NCBI GenBank assembly: GCA_050259095.1
Contig: JBLMZZ010000162.1
Coordinates: 4,667 to 68,666 of the forward strand
Reading direction: 5' to 3'
Length of the DNA stretch: 64,000 nucleotides
DNA from: Omnitrophica WOR_2 bacterium
Lineage (GTDB): Bacteria; Bacteroidota; Bacteroidia; Bacteroidales; Lentimicrobiaceae
In this document: piece after piece, positions 18,085-28,607 of the stretch
Position numbering within the stretch: the first letter of the stretch is position 1
Layout: each line of letters begins with the position of its first letter
Translations under genes and position numbers: made by a program
The notes under the pieces: generated by a model
The model's input: the letters and a program-made list of their open reading frames with translations, nothing else
What the model was told of the DNA's origin: nothing
Databases searched by the model: none

Positions 18085-20538
18085 ATGAGTACTAATAAAT
18101 TCAGGCCTACTGACCTGATTGAGAATGATTCTGAGTTTATTCCTCTTCTTTCTAGTGAGGATGAGGAACAAATGAATGCAGAAGAAGTGCCTGAAATACT
18201 GCCAATTTTACCACTTAGAAATACTGTGCTTTTCCCAGGTGTTGTTATACCTATAACTGTTGGAAGAGATAAATCAATTAAGCTTATAAAAGACTATTAT
18301 AAAGGTGATAGAATAATAGGAGCAGTTGCACAGAAGGATTATGAAACTGAGGACCCTGCTTTTAAAGACTTAAATGAAATTGGTACTATTGCTTATATTA
18401 TAAAAATCCTTCAAATGCCTGATGGTAGTACAACTGCAATTATTCAGGGGAAGAAGAGATTTCGTATGAAAGAAATGGTACAGGAAGATCCATATTTCAT
18501 AGCAAAAGTGCTCCCTTTTGAAACAGCTAAACCTGTCGTAAAAGATAAGAAGTTTAACGCACTGATGTCTTCTATTAAAGACCTGGCAATTCAAATTATT
18601 AACCTTTCGCCAAATCTACCATCCGATAGTGTCTTTGCAATTAGAAATATTGAAAGTCCGGTATTTCTGGTAAACTTCATTTCATCAAACCTTAATATCT
18701 CCCTTGATGAGAAACAGATGCTTCTTACAATTGATGATTTAATTGATAGAGCAAACACTGTGTTAGGGCTGCTTACTAAGGAATTGCAAATCATAGAGCT
18801 TAAAAACCAAATTCAGAATAAAGTTAAAATTGATCTTGATAAACAACAAAGAGATTATCTCTTAAATCAACAATTAAAGACTATTCAGGAAGAACTTGGA
18901 GATAATCCACATTCGCAAGATATTTCTGATTTAAAACAAAAAGCTGCCAAAAAGAAATGGCCTGCCAATGTGGCCGAGACATTTGAGAAGGAATTGGCAA
19001 AATTGCAGCGAATGAACCCAGCTGCAATGGAATACTCAATGCAGATAAATTATCTTGATGTGCTTATTGATCTGCCATGGAATGAATACACAGTTGATAA
19101 TTTTGATCTTAAAAGATCTAAAAAGATCTTGGATAAAGATCATTTTGGACTGGAAAGTGTTAAAGAACGGATCATAGAGTATTTGGCCGTCCTGAAGCTA
19201 AAAGGGGATATGAAGTCACCCATTCTGTGTCTATTTGGCCCTCCGGGTGTTGGTAAAACCTCGTTAGGTAAATCTATTGCAAAAGCCGTCAACAGGAGCT
19301 ACATAAGAATGTCTCTTGGGGGGCTGCGCGATGAAGCTGAAATCAGAGGACATCGTAAAACATACATTGGAGCAATGCCAGGTCGTGTATTACAGAGTAT
19401 CCGAAAAGCGAAAGCATCAAACCCTGTATTTGTACTCGATGAAATTGATAAAGTAATTGGCGCTAATATCAATGGTGATCCTTCTGCAGCACTACTCGAA
19501 GTACTTGATCCGGAACAGAATAGTACCTTTTATGACAATTTCGTCGAATTAGAATACGACCTTTCTAAGGTAATGTTTATTGCTACGGCAAATAATATGT
19601 CTACTGTACATCCGGCTCTGCGTGACAGAATGGAAGTAATTGAAATAAGTGGGTACTTATTGGAGGAGAAGATTGAAATTGCCCGTCGGCATTTAATTCC
19701 AAAACAACTTGCAGAGCATGGGGTTAAACCTGAACAAATAGAATTCTCAAGGAAAATCATTGAGTCTATCATAGACAAATATACAAGAGAGTCAGGCGTT
19801 AGGTTGCTCGAGAAAAATATTGCTAAGGTGATCAGGCATCAGGCTCGTTTCATTGTTGATGGTGATAAATACAATGTTAAAGTTACTGAAGCAGACCTCG
19901 CAAAAATACTTGGGATTCCAAGATTTAAGCACGAAAATGACGAAGATATTCATTCTCCTGGTGTTGTTACAGGTCTTGCCTGGACACCAGTAGGAGGGGA
20001 GATCCTTTTTGTTGAAACAAGTCTTAGTCGCGGAACAGGGGGGTTCGGTATTACCGGAAATCTTGGCGAAGTGATGAAAGAATCTGCAACTCTTGCCTTT
20101 GAGTACCTTAAATCAAAAAGTGATAAACTTAATATTGATCCTGAGCTTTTTGAAAAATTTAATGTGCATATCCATATTCCTGAAGGTGCTACTCCGAAGG
20201 ATGGACCTTCAGCAGGTATTACCATGTTCACCGCTCTTGCCTCTATCTATACACAGCGCAAAGTGAGAGCTAAACTTGCTATGACAGGTGAAATCACACT
20301 TAGAGGAAAAGTCTTACCAGTAGGTGGAATAAAAGAGAAAATTCTTGCTGCGCGTAGATCAGGTATTAAAGAAATAATATTGCCAAGAGATAACCAAAAA
20401 GATATTGAAGAAATAAATCCTGTATATATAAAAGGGTTGACTTTTCATTATGTTGAACAAATGATTGAAGTTATCAATCTTGCTCTAATGGAAAAAGAAC
20501 CTCAATTACAACTTAAAACAAAAGTAGCTCAGCAATAA
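18085..20538 (+). CDS. lon: Lon protease
   Basis: LPILPLRNTVLFPG, Walker A GPPGVGKT, LDEIDK, PKDGPSAG catalytic Ser, GGIKEK. Confidence 0.98.
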   Translation: MSTNKFRPTDLIENDSEFIPLLSSEDEEQMNAEEVPEILPILPLRNTVLFPGVVIPITVGRDKSIKLIKDYYKGDRIIGAVAQKDYETEDPAFKDLNEIGTIAYIIKILQMPDGSTTAIIQGKKRFRMKEMVQEDPYFIAKVLPFETAKPVVKDKKFNALMSSIKDLAIQIINLSPNLPSDSVFAIRNIESPVFLVNFISSNLNISLDEKQMLLTIDDLIDRANTVLGLLTKELQIIELKNQIQNKVKIDLDKQQRDYLLNQQLKTIQEELGDNPHSQDISDLKQKAAKKKWPANVAETFEKELAKLQRMNPAAMEYSMQINYLDVLIDLPWNEYTVDNFDLKRSKKILDKDHFGLESVKERIIEYLAVLKLKGDMKSPILCLFGPPGVGKTSLGKSIAKAVNRSYIRMSLGGLRDEAEIRGHRKTYIGAMPGRVLQSIRKAKASNPVFVLDEIDKVIGANINGDPSAALLEVLDPEQNSTFYDNFVELEYDLSKVMFIATANNMSTVHPALRDRMEVIEISGYLLEEKIEIARRHLIPKQLAEHGVKPEQIEFSRKIIESIIDKYTRESGVRLLEKNIAKVIRHQARFIVDGDKYNVKVTEADLAKILGIPRFKHENDEDIHSPGVVTGLAWTPVGGEILFVETSLSRGTGGFGITGNLGEVMKESATLAFEYLKSKSDKLNIDPELFEKFNVHIHIPEGATPKDGPSAGITMFTALASIYTQRKVRAKLAMTGEITLRGKVLPVGGIKEKILAARRSGIKEIILPRDNQKDIEEINPVYIKGLTFHYVEQMIEVINLALMEKEPQLQLKTKVAQQ

Positions 20539-20564
20539 CTGTTTACTGCTGAGCTACTTTAAAG

Positions 20565-22553
20565 TTATTTGGTAATAATTACTTTTTCTGTTGATTGGGT
20601 TAACCCATCATTTACTTTTAAGAAGTAAATCCCATTATTTAAGTTTCTAAGATTTAGAGGAATCAATGTTATTCCTTTATTAATATTTACAACATCCTTG
20701 AATACTACTTTTCCTTCCAAAGTAACAACATCAATATTCAAAGTTGCTGCTTTAGCTGATTCAATACTTACATTAAAGTTTCCATCAGTAGGATTTTGCA
20801 TAATCTTTATGTTACCGGCCACCGGAGGTGTAATATAATCAGTACCAACTACCAATGTTGAATTTTTCAATACAATCAAATTGTGAGGATCAAATTGCAT
20901 AGATGAAGGTTGCTTATCAAACGTGAAAGTAAAATTCTGGTTATTTGCATCATTCATAACCGTAAAAAGTGTATCACCCTGACCACCTGCAAATATTACT
21001 CTTAATTCAACCGGCATTTTAAAGAAACCAGTATTTGTTTGTGTTTGATTGATATTAAGTTTAACATTCCATTGATTATTACCTGCTGGTAAAATTTCAT
21101 AGGTACTATAATAGGTTGGGTGATTGGGTGTATATATCCACTCATTAAAAAACCAATCCAAATCCATTCCTGTTTCTTCATTCATCTTGTCGATAAAGTC
21201 AGGAATCGTTGCATTTTTATATCTAAAATTAACAGTGTCATTAGCATACTCGTAAAGGGCGTTAAAGAAAAGGGAATCACCTACTACATTTCTAAACATG
21301 TAGAGAACACATGAGCCCTTCATATAGGTAACAGAATAATTAAAAAGCACATCATTTGAAGGGGGATTAGTCGCCCAATCAGGATTAGATATAGGCCAAC
21401 CTGGATTCGTATACATATAATAGTTGGCATTAGCTTCTATTTCATCCACATAAGCTTGGTAACCATCTAGTTCACCAGTCCAAAGAGCTTCAATGTAAGT
21501 AGCAAAACCTTCATTTAACCAAATGTCTGACCATGTAGCACAGGTTATCATATCCCCAAACCATTGATGGGCATATTCATGAGCAATAAGACTTGAATAC
21601 CAGCATCCAGGGCAAATCGTGGTTAATGTCTGATTTTCCATTCCTCCCCATTGAAACAAGTTATTTACCGATGCAAATCCATTCTTTTCAAATGCATGTT
21701 CCCCAAATAAGGATACATAATAGTCAGTTAATGGCACAATCATATCTTCCATTTGGCTAGGATTCTCTCCATTCTGATAATAGAATCTGAATGGTAATGT
21801 ATCAGAAGGATTATTGGGATTTATTCTATTAACTATAGCAAGATGATAATTTACATACGAAGTAACTACCATAAGATATGTAGAGATTGGATCATGACTA
21901 ATCCACGTGTACCACAAAGAATCAGCAACAACTACTGAATCTGCAAGTCTTCCGTTTGAACCTAGTTTTACGTTAGTAGGAACTTTTGCCCGTAATTGAA
22001 GTGTGGCTTTATCACTTGGCTCATCATAACATGGAAACCACTTTCTGGCTCCTTGCGGTTCAGCATCAGTGAAAACAAATCCATTGCCAACATTAAAAGC
22101 TTCATCAATTACATTCTTATGGTTATACCTGATTATAACATTTGCCGTTTCCCCCGGTTGGTATGTTCGGTCAAGATTAATAACCAGGAGGTTTAACTGA
22201 TGTGTAAAAGACACTCCATTTCCAGAAACTGATAATATCTGTAATGAATTATTGACTGCATTAAGAGTTATTGCTGATAATGTACTGTCAATCTTGAAAG
22301 TAATTGTGTTAGTAGCAGAAAAGTTCTTTGGATATGGAGTCGTATAACACTGAAACAGGTTCATATCCAGATTGTAATTTAGTACATCAAAGGAATGCCT
22401 GGGGGAATTAGGTGATTTAATGATTGAAGGCGAGTCTGAATTCTGATGTCTTTTTGCACATATTTCACTTCCACGCATTGTACTATAATCCTGCGCATAC
22501 AAAGTAAATGAAATAAAAAGTAACAAGAAAGCCGAAGTAAATATCTTTTTCAT
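20565..22553 (-). CDS. M1 family aminopeptidase with T9SS C-terminal domain
   Basis: GGMEN, HEYAHQWFGD...WLNEGFATY, YMKG; CTD ending GIYFLKV...TEKVIITK. Confidence 0.93.
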   Translation of the reverse strand: MKKIFTSAFLLLFISFTLYAQDYSTMRGSEICAKRHQNSDSPSIIKSPNSPRHSFDVLNYNLDMNLFQCYTTPYPKNFSATNTITFKIDSTLSAITLNAVNNSLQILSVSGNGVSFTHQLNLLVINLDRTYQPGETANVIIRYNHKNVIDEAFNVGNGFVFTDAEPQGARKWFPCYDEPSDKATLQLRAKVPTNVKLGSNGRLADSVVVADSLWYTWISHDPISTYLMVVTSYVNYHLAIVNRINPNNPSDTLPFRFYYQNGENPSQMEDMIVPLTDYYVSLFGEHAFEKNGFASVNNLFQWGGMENQTLTTICPGCWYSSLIAHEYAHQWFGDMITCATWSDIWLNEGFATYIEALWTGELDGYQAYVDEIEANANYYMYTNPGWPISNPDWATNPPSNDVLFNYSVTYMKGSCVLYMFRNVVGDSLFFNALYEYANDTVNFRYKNATIPDFIDKMNEETGMDLDWFFNEWIYTPNHPTYYSTYEILPAGNNQWNVKLNINQTQTNTGFFKMPVELRVIFAGGQGDTLFTVMNDANNQNFTFTFDKQPSSMQFDPHNLIVLKNSTLVVGTDYITPPVAGNIKIMQNPTDGNFNVSIESAKAATLNIDVVTLEGKVVFKDVVNINKGITLIPLNLRNLNNGIYFLKVNDGLTQSTEKVIITK

Positions 22554-22654
22554 AAGTTAAATTTTTGGAACATCAAATATAGTATATCTGTTGCCATAAA
22601 TAGAATTCAATAGAAGCATTTTTGTGATACTTTTGCTGAAAGCAATTTTGTAAA

Positions 22655-24298
22655 ATGTACCGCTTAATCTCTATTCTGTTTTTTGCATGCTTCTTTGCAT
22701 GTTTTGGGTGCAAAAGACAGGAGCATTTTAACAAAGACAAAACCGTTTTTAAGTATAATGAATCAGCAGGAATTACCTCTCTCGACCCAGCATTTGCAAG
22801 AAATCAGGCAAACATATGGGTAGTTAACCAACTATTTAATGGGCTGGTTCAGCTTGATAGTAACCTAAACATTAAACCCTGCATTGCAAAGCGATGGGAG
22901 GTTTCAAAAGATGGTAAAAGCTATACGTTCTACCTTCGTAACGATGTTTATTTTCATGATTCTCCTATTTTTCAAAATAAGAAAGGCCGTAAACTCACGG
23001 CCGCTGATGTAGTATTTAGCTTAAACCGATTAGCCGATCCTAAACTTGCTTCACCCGGGGCATGGATCATGAATGTTGTTTCAGACACATCAGGAGCTAA
23101 ATCTGTAACAGCAATATCAGATTCTGTAGTAAGGATAAATCTCAATCAGCCTTTTCCTCCCTTTGCCGGCATGCTTAGTATGCAATACTGTTCAATTGTC
23201 CCAAGAGAAGCGATTGAGTTTTATAATCAGGATTTCAGAGTAAACCCTGTAGGTACGGGTCCCTTTATGTTTAAAATGTTAAAAGAAGGGGTAAAACTGG
23301 TTTTAGTTAAAAATCCCGCATATTTTGAGACAGATAATAATGGTAAACAACTTCCATATCTTGATGCTGTATCTATTTCTTTTATAATAGATAAGCAATC
23401 AGCTTTTCTCGAATTTATTAAAGGGAATCTTGATTTTATGTCGGGACTTGATGCCAGCTACAAAGATGAATTATTAAACCCTTCCGGCTCATTAAGAGAA
23501 AAGTACAGAGATAAAATCACTTTGATAACTCAACCCTACTTAAATACTGAGTATCTCGGTATACTGTATGATCAGAATAATCCGGTGATGAAAAACAGTC
23601 CGCTTAATGATCAGCGTATCCGCAAAGCACTTAATGTTGGATTTGATAGGGAAAAGATGATCAAATATCTTAGAAATGGTATTGGGAAACCAGGCATCAA
23701 AGGAATTATTCCTGAAGGTTTACCAGGATATAATGCCAATGCCGGATACGGATATAACTATAATCCTTCATTGGCAAAGAAGTTATTAACTGAAGCGGGA
23801 TACCCCGGTGGGAGAAATTTGCCTCCGATTACTATCTCAACAAACGCTTCATATCTTGATATTACCCAATTCATTCAGAGTCAATTATCACAATTAGGGT
23901 TTGATATAAAAATTGATGTTTCCCCTCCCGGAACACTGCGTGAAAATATTGCGCAGGCAAGAGTGCCATTTTTTAGAGGTTCATGGATTGCCGATTATCC
24001 AGATGCCGAAAATTATCTCTCATTGTTTTATTCTCAGAATAAAAGCCCTCAGGGACCTAATTATACTCAGTTCGAAAATAAGGAATTTGATAACTTATAC
24101 CGAAAAATGATAGTAGAGACTAATGATTTGTTAAGGTTAGAAATGTATCGCAAAATGGACAGCCTAATGATGGATAAATCACCTGTAATCATTTTATTTT
24201 ATGATCAGGTATTACGTTTTACAGGAAAACGGATTCATAATTTGGGTTCTAATCCTATGAATCTATTGGACCTTAAGCGTGTGATAAAATCAAAATAA
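22655..24298 (+). CDS. ABC transporter substrate-binding protein, family 5 (OppA/DppA-like lipoprotein)
   Basis: Lipobox-type N-terminus, TSLDPAFA, LFNGLV, PVGTGPF, WIADYPDAENYL. Confidence 0.9.
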   Translation: MYRLISILFFACFFACFGCKRQEHFNKDKTVFKYNESAGITSLDPAFARNQANIWVVNQLFNGLVQLDSNLNIKPCIAKRWEVSKDGKSYTFYLRNDVYFHDSPIFQNKKGRKLTAADVVFSLNRLADPKLASPGAWIMNVVSDTSGAKSVTAISDSVVRINLNQPFPPFAGMLSMQYCSIVPREAIEFYNQDFRVNPVGTGPFMFKMLKEGVKLVLVKNPAYFETDNNGKQLPYLDAVSISFIIDKQSAFLEFIKGNLDFMSGLDASYKDELLNPSGSLREKYRDKITLITQPYLNTEYLGILYDQNNPVMKNSPLNDQRIRKALNVGFDREKMIKYLRNGIGKPGIKGIIPEGLPGYNANAGYGYNYNPSLAKKLLTEAGYPGGRNLPPITISTNASYLDITQFIQSQLSQLGFDIKIDVSPPGTLRENIAQARVPFFRGSWIADYPDAENYLSLFYSQNKSPQGPNYTQFENKEFDNLYRKMIVETNDLLRLEMYRKMDSLMMDKSPVIILFYDQVLRFTGKRIHNLGSNPMNLLDLKRVIKSK

Positions 24299-24390
24299 TG
24301 GAATTTTACTGAATATTAGCTTAATAAATACTAAGTATACTTCTTTCAAACACTAAAAAAGAGAATAGACACCTCAAATAAATATTTAAT

Positions 24391-24912
24391 ATGAACTCAG
24401 AATTTACTGAAATAAAACCTGTTGATCTTAAAGAAAATGCAATAAAACTTATTGGCTATGATTGGATGCTATTAACAGCTGGTAATCTTACCAACTACAA
24501 TACTATGACTGCTAGTTGGGGAGGGATGGGAATGTTATGGAACAAACCTGTTATGTTTATTTTTGTGCGTCCTCAACGGTTTACATTTGAGTTCATTGAA
24601 AGAGAAGAATATTTTACTTGTAGTTTTTATGAAGAGAAACATCGCTCTAAGCTAAGTTTCTGTGGTACTTATTCAGGTAGAGATTGTAATAAAGCTGAAG
24701 AAGTTAATATTTCGCCTATTGAAACCGCAAACAGTGTTAGTTTCAATGAAGCTAAAATCATAATAGAATGTAAGAAAATCTATTTTCAGGATCTTGATCC
24801 TAATCATTTCATTGAAGAAGGAATAGGTGATCATTATCCCGACAATGATTACCATCGCATGTACATTGGAGAAATATCTTCAGTGTTGATTAAAAATGAG
24901 AATGAGGAATAA
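24391..24912 (+). CDS. Flavin reductase family protein
   Basis: WMLLTAG, NTMTASWGG, FVRPQRFT, GTYSGRD, DYHRMYIGEI. Confidence 0.9.
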   Translation: MNSEFTEIKPVDLKENAIKLIGYDWMLLTAGNLTNYNTMTASWGGMGMLWNKPVMFIFVRPQRFTFEFIEREEYFTCSFYEEKHRSKLSFCGTYSGRDCNKAEEVNISPIETANSVSFNEAKIIIECKKIYFQDLDPNHFIEEGIGDHYPDNDYHRMYIGEISSVLIKNENEE

Positions 24913-24970
24913 TTTAAATAACTATTCCTCTAATCAATAGATTTTTATAATTTTATGCTTCGGGGGCCGT

Positions 24971-25606
24971 TTGTTTTTTACACTAACTAAAAAATCTACT
25001 ACTTTGAGCTTTATAAAAAACATAAGAATATACTTAGGTAAGCGCTCACTTAATAATGAGTTGCGTAAGATGTCGCGAACTAAAATACCAGTCAATCTAA
25101 CCAATGCCAATAGCATTGGTATAATCTATCTGTTGAGTTCAGAAGAAGAATATAACCGTGTGAGTTTATTTACAAAGAACATGCAGGAGCAAGGTAAGAA
25201 AGTTACGGTTATTGGCTTATATCATTACAACCGAATTCCTGTATTTTATATTCCTAAACTTTCATACGACTTATTATTACCAAGAGATGTTGATTTCTTT
25301 TTCAAGCCTTCCGCACCATTTGTAGAACGATTCATCGAGAGTGATTTTGATATGCTTATTGACCTTAGCAGTCCCGAAAACTTTACATTACATTATATTG
25401 CAACACTATCAAAAGCTCATTTTAAAATTGGCCGAAAAATAGATGACAGACCCTTGCCTTATGATTTAATGATAAACACAGGATCGGAAGTTCAAAGCCA
25501 GGAGTTAATTGATCAAATTGTACATTATACTGCAAATCTGGAATTTAAAATACCCAACGAAACTAATAATATCAAATCCGACCAATCTGATAGCCATGAA
25601 GCATAA
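24971..25606 (+). CDS. Conserved Bacteroidota hypothetical protein (DUF6913-like)
   Basis: FDMLIDL...SKAHFKIG...YDLMI; overlaps the dapA start by 11 nt; start codon uncertain. Confidence 0.6.
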   Translation: MFFTLTKKSTTLSFIKNIRIYLGKRSLNNELRKMSRTKIPVNLTNANSIGIIYLLSSEEEYNRVSLFTKNMQEQGKKVTVIGLYHYNRIPVFYIPKLSYDLLLPRDVDFFFKPSAPFVERFIESDFDMLIDLSSPENFTLHYIATLSKAHFKIGRKIDDRPLPYDLMINTGSEVQSQELIDQIVHYTANLEFKIPNETNNIKSDQSDSHEA

Positions 25607-26495
25607 ATTAACAGGAACCGGTGTTGCACTGGTAACTCCTTTCCACAAACAAGGGAACATTGATTTTGGATCCTTTGAAAAATTGATAGATTATACAATA
25701 ACAAATGGAGTTAATTATCTGGTTGTATTAGGCACCACTGGAGAATCAGCTACTCTCTCTAAAGATGAGAAAAAAGCACTAATTCAATTTTCTAAAGAAA
25801 TAGTGAATAAAAGAGTTCCAATCGTTGTCGGCTTTGGCGGTAATAATACTCAGGAAGTGAATGATCAATTGAAGCTAATTGATGATGATGGTATAGATGC
25901 AATTCTATCAGTTACACCTTATTATAATAAACCTTCACAAAGAGGACTGTATCTTCATTTCCGACAGATCGCATGTGCAACTCCTTTGCCAATTATTTTA
26001 TACAATGTTCCCGGCAGAACAAGTGTTAATATGAAGCCTGAAACCACACTTCAATTGGCTTCTGAATTTGAAAATATTATAGGTATTAAAGAAGCTTCCG
26101 GTAACATGGGCCAGATAATGGAAATAATCAGACAACGGTCAAAAGACTTTCTGGTTATTTCCGGAGATGATGCTTTAACAATGCCTTTGATTGCTGCTGG
26201 TGCAAACGGTGTTATATCAGTTGTTGCCAATGCATATCCAAAAAGCTTTAGTTCAATGGTTAACGCGGCCCTGAAAGGAAATTTAAATGAAGCCAGGGAT
26301 ATTCACTATAAATTACTTCCTTTCATCGAAGCTCTATTTTCAGATGGAAGTCCCAGTGGTATCAAAGCAGCACTTGAGCAAATGAAGATACTATCAAATC
26401 ATCTACGTTTGCCTATTGTCAAAGTCAATAAATCAACTCAGAATACGCTTGTTAATCTAATTAATGAATTAAAAGAAAAAGGTATCGAAAACTGA
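25596..26495 (+). CDS. dapA: 4-hydroxy-tetrahydrodipicolinate synthase
   Basis: GTGVALVTPF, GTTGES, PYYNKP, LYNVPGRT, GIKEASG, SGDD; start at ATG 25596. Confidence 0.97.
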   Translation: MKHKLTGTGVALVTPFHKQGNIDFGSFEKLIDYTITNGVNYLVVLGTTGESATLSKDEKKALIQFSKEIVNKRVPIVVGFGGNNTQEVNDQLKLIDDDGIDAILSVTPYYNKPSQRGLYLHFRQIACATPLPIILYNVPGRTSVNMKPETTLQLASEFENIIGIKEASGNMGQIMEIIRQRSKDFLVISGDDALTMPLIAAGANGVISVVANAYPKSFSSMVNAALKGNLNEARDIHYKLLPFIEALFSDGSPSGIKAALEQMKILSNHLRLPIVKVNKSTQNTLVNLINELKEKGIEN

Positions 26496-26504
26496 TTACA
26501 CTAA

Positions 26505-28442
26505 ATGAAAACTACTTTAACCACACTTATGGTGCTGATGTCATTTGTGATATATGCACAAAAACCAGTTACTCAATATAGTGCTGAGGAATTATTTGCC
26601 AATAAAGGTGAAATATATTTCCTTTTAAAAGGAGCAGCACATGATGCTGAAAAATTAACTAAAATTATTAGTATTGATAATGTTAAAGATGGGGACATTT
26701 ATGCTTATGCTTCTGTAAAACAGTTTAATACTCTGAAATCACAGTTTAATTACACACTTTATAATCTACCAAAGCCAAGCGAGTTAATAAAAGCTGATAT
26801 GTCGAATTCATCCAGAGAAATTCTTGACTGGAATTATTATCCTACATATAGCGGTTATCTTCAGTTAATGCAAGACTTTGCGACTAATTTTCCTTCAATA
26901 TGTAAGATTGATACTATCGGTACAACAATTGAAAACAGACTTATTATCGCTGCGCGGATAAGTGATAATGCTGGAATGGAGGAAGATGAGCCTGAATTTT
27001 TATATACTTCTTCAATGCATGGTGATGAAGTAACCGGGTATATACTTACATTACATCTGATAGATTATCTATTGACAAATTACGGAATAGATGATCGGGT
27101 TACCAATATGGTTAATAACATGGATATTTGGATTAATCCTTTGGCAAATCCAGACGGAACATACGCAGGTGGAGATAATTCAGTTAATGGTGCTCAACGG
27201 TATAATGCAAATTATATTGATCTCAATCGTAATTATCCGGATCCTAATGATGGCCCTCATCCTGATGGTGAACAATGGCAACCCGAAACAGTTGCTTTTA
27301 TGAATTTTGCTGAAAATAGAGATTTTGTTTTATCAGCAAATTTTCATGGTGGGGCAGAGGTAGTAAATTATCCATGGGATACCTGGAGTAAGTTAACTGC
27401 TGATAATGCATGGTGGGTATATGTTAGCAGGGAATATGCTGATACTGTTCATCTTAATGCAGCACCTGGCTACATGTCTGATTTGAATAATGGTGTTACC
27501 AACGGTTATGCCTGGTATAGAGTTACAGGTGGTCGTCAGGACTATATGAATTATTTCCAACAATGTAGAGAAGTTACTATTGAACTCTCATCAATCAAAT
27601 TATTACCTACCAGTCAACTTTTAAATCTCTGGAATTACAATTACAGATCATTACTTAATTATATGGATGAGTCTCTGTATGGTGTTAGAGGTATCATTAC
27701 TGATACAGTTACAGGCGAACCAATTTTAGCACAGGTATATATTAGTAATCACGATCAGGATAGTAGCATGGTTTTTTCATCATCGCCCATTGGTAATTAT
27801 CATAGATTGTTAAAAGCTGGGACATATAATCTCACTTATGTTGCCGAAGGTTACATTCCCAGAACTGTTAAAAATGTAGTTGTAAATGATCATTCAACGA
27901 ATATCATAAATGTTAAACTTTGGGACGGTAAACCAATCCCTTTATTTACTTCTTCTGATACTATGGTTGCCCCTGAAAATTCATTGCAGTTCTTTGATGT
28001 ATCAGGAGGTTCTCCAACTTCAAGATTATGGACCTTTGAAGGTGGTACACCCGCTACTTCTACTGAAATCAATCCCATGGTTAAATATAATCAGGTTGGA
28101 AGTTATAATGTAACATTGAGGGTAACAAACCTCATTGGTAGTAACACTGTCGTTAAAAACGATTATATAACTGTTAAGGAAGGTGTTGATGTGAAGAATA
28201 TTGACATTTCAAATGTAAATGTATTCCCCAATCCTTTAACGGGTAACCTATTGAATATTAAATCAGTTAATACACTTAAAAGATATCAGCTAACTGAGCT
28301 TACCGGCAAGATCATTATGGATGGAAACATTCCAGGAACTAGTGCAAGTATAAATCTAACTTCTGTAGCGAATGGTATTTATGTTTTGCATGTAGTCAAT
28401 GAAAAAGGCTTATCAACTTTTAAAATCGTTATTAATCATTAG
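26505..28442 (+). CDS. M14 zinc carboxypeptidase with PKD domain and T9SS CTD
   Basis: MHGDE, NPDG, DLNRNY, ANFHGG, TIELS; PKD (WTFEGGTP..S...NP); FPNP...GIYVL CTD. Confidence 0.93.
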   Translation: MKTTLTTLMVLMSFVIYAQKPVTQYSAEELFANKGEIYFLLKGAAHDAEKLTKIISIDNVKDGDIYAYASVKQFNTLKSQFNYTLYNLPKPSELIKADMSNSSREILDWNYYPTYSGYLQLMQDFATNFPSICKIDTIGTTIENRLIIAARISDNAGMEEDEPEFLYTSSMHGDEVTGYILTLHLIDYLLTNYGIDDRVTNMVNNMDIWINPLANPDGTYAGGDNSVNGAQRYNANYIDLNRNYPDPNDGPHPDGEQWQPETVAFMNFAENRDFVLSANFHGGAEVVNYPWDTWSKLTADNAWWVYVSREYADTVHLNAAPGYMSDLNNGVTNGYAWYRVTGGRQDYMNYFQQCREVTIELSSIKLLPTSQLLNLWNYNYRSLLNYMDESLYGVRGIITDTVTGEPILAQVYISNHDQDSSMVFSSSPIGNYHRLLKAGTYNLTYVAEGYIPRTVKNVVVNDHSTNIINVKLWDGKPIPLFTSSDTMVAPENSLQFFDVSGGSPTSRLWTFEGGTPATSTEINPMVKYNQVGSYNVTLRVTNLIGSNTVVKNDYITVKEGVDVKNIDISNVNVFPNPLTGNLLNIKSVNTLKRYQLTELTGKIIMDGNIPGTSASINLTSVANGIYVLHVVNEKGLSTFKIVINH

Positions 28443-28508
28443 AATTTTGTGAATAACCAATTGCAGTAGGTCGTTCTGTTTGAATCAAATATTCAGACTG
28501 TATTAAGT

Positions 28509-28547
28509 ACAAATTAAAAAGCGGGAATAACCCGCTTTTTAATTTGT
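28509..28547. terminator. Bidirectional terminator between convergent genes
   Basis: Perfect 17-bp inverted repeat ACAAATTAAAAAGCGGG-AATAA-CCCGCTTTTTAATTTGT. Confidence 0.88.
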
Positions 28548-28607
28548 CTTATAAAATTCATTAAGTAATTTTAGGATGAAGCCTTACTTGCTTAATCACT
28601 ATTAATA

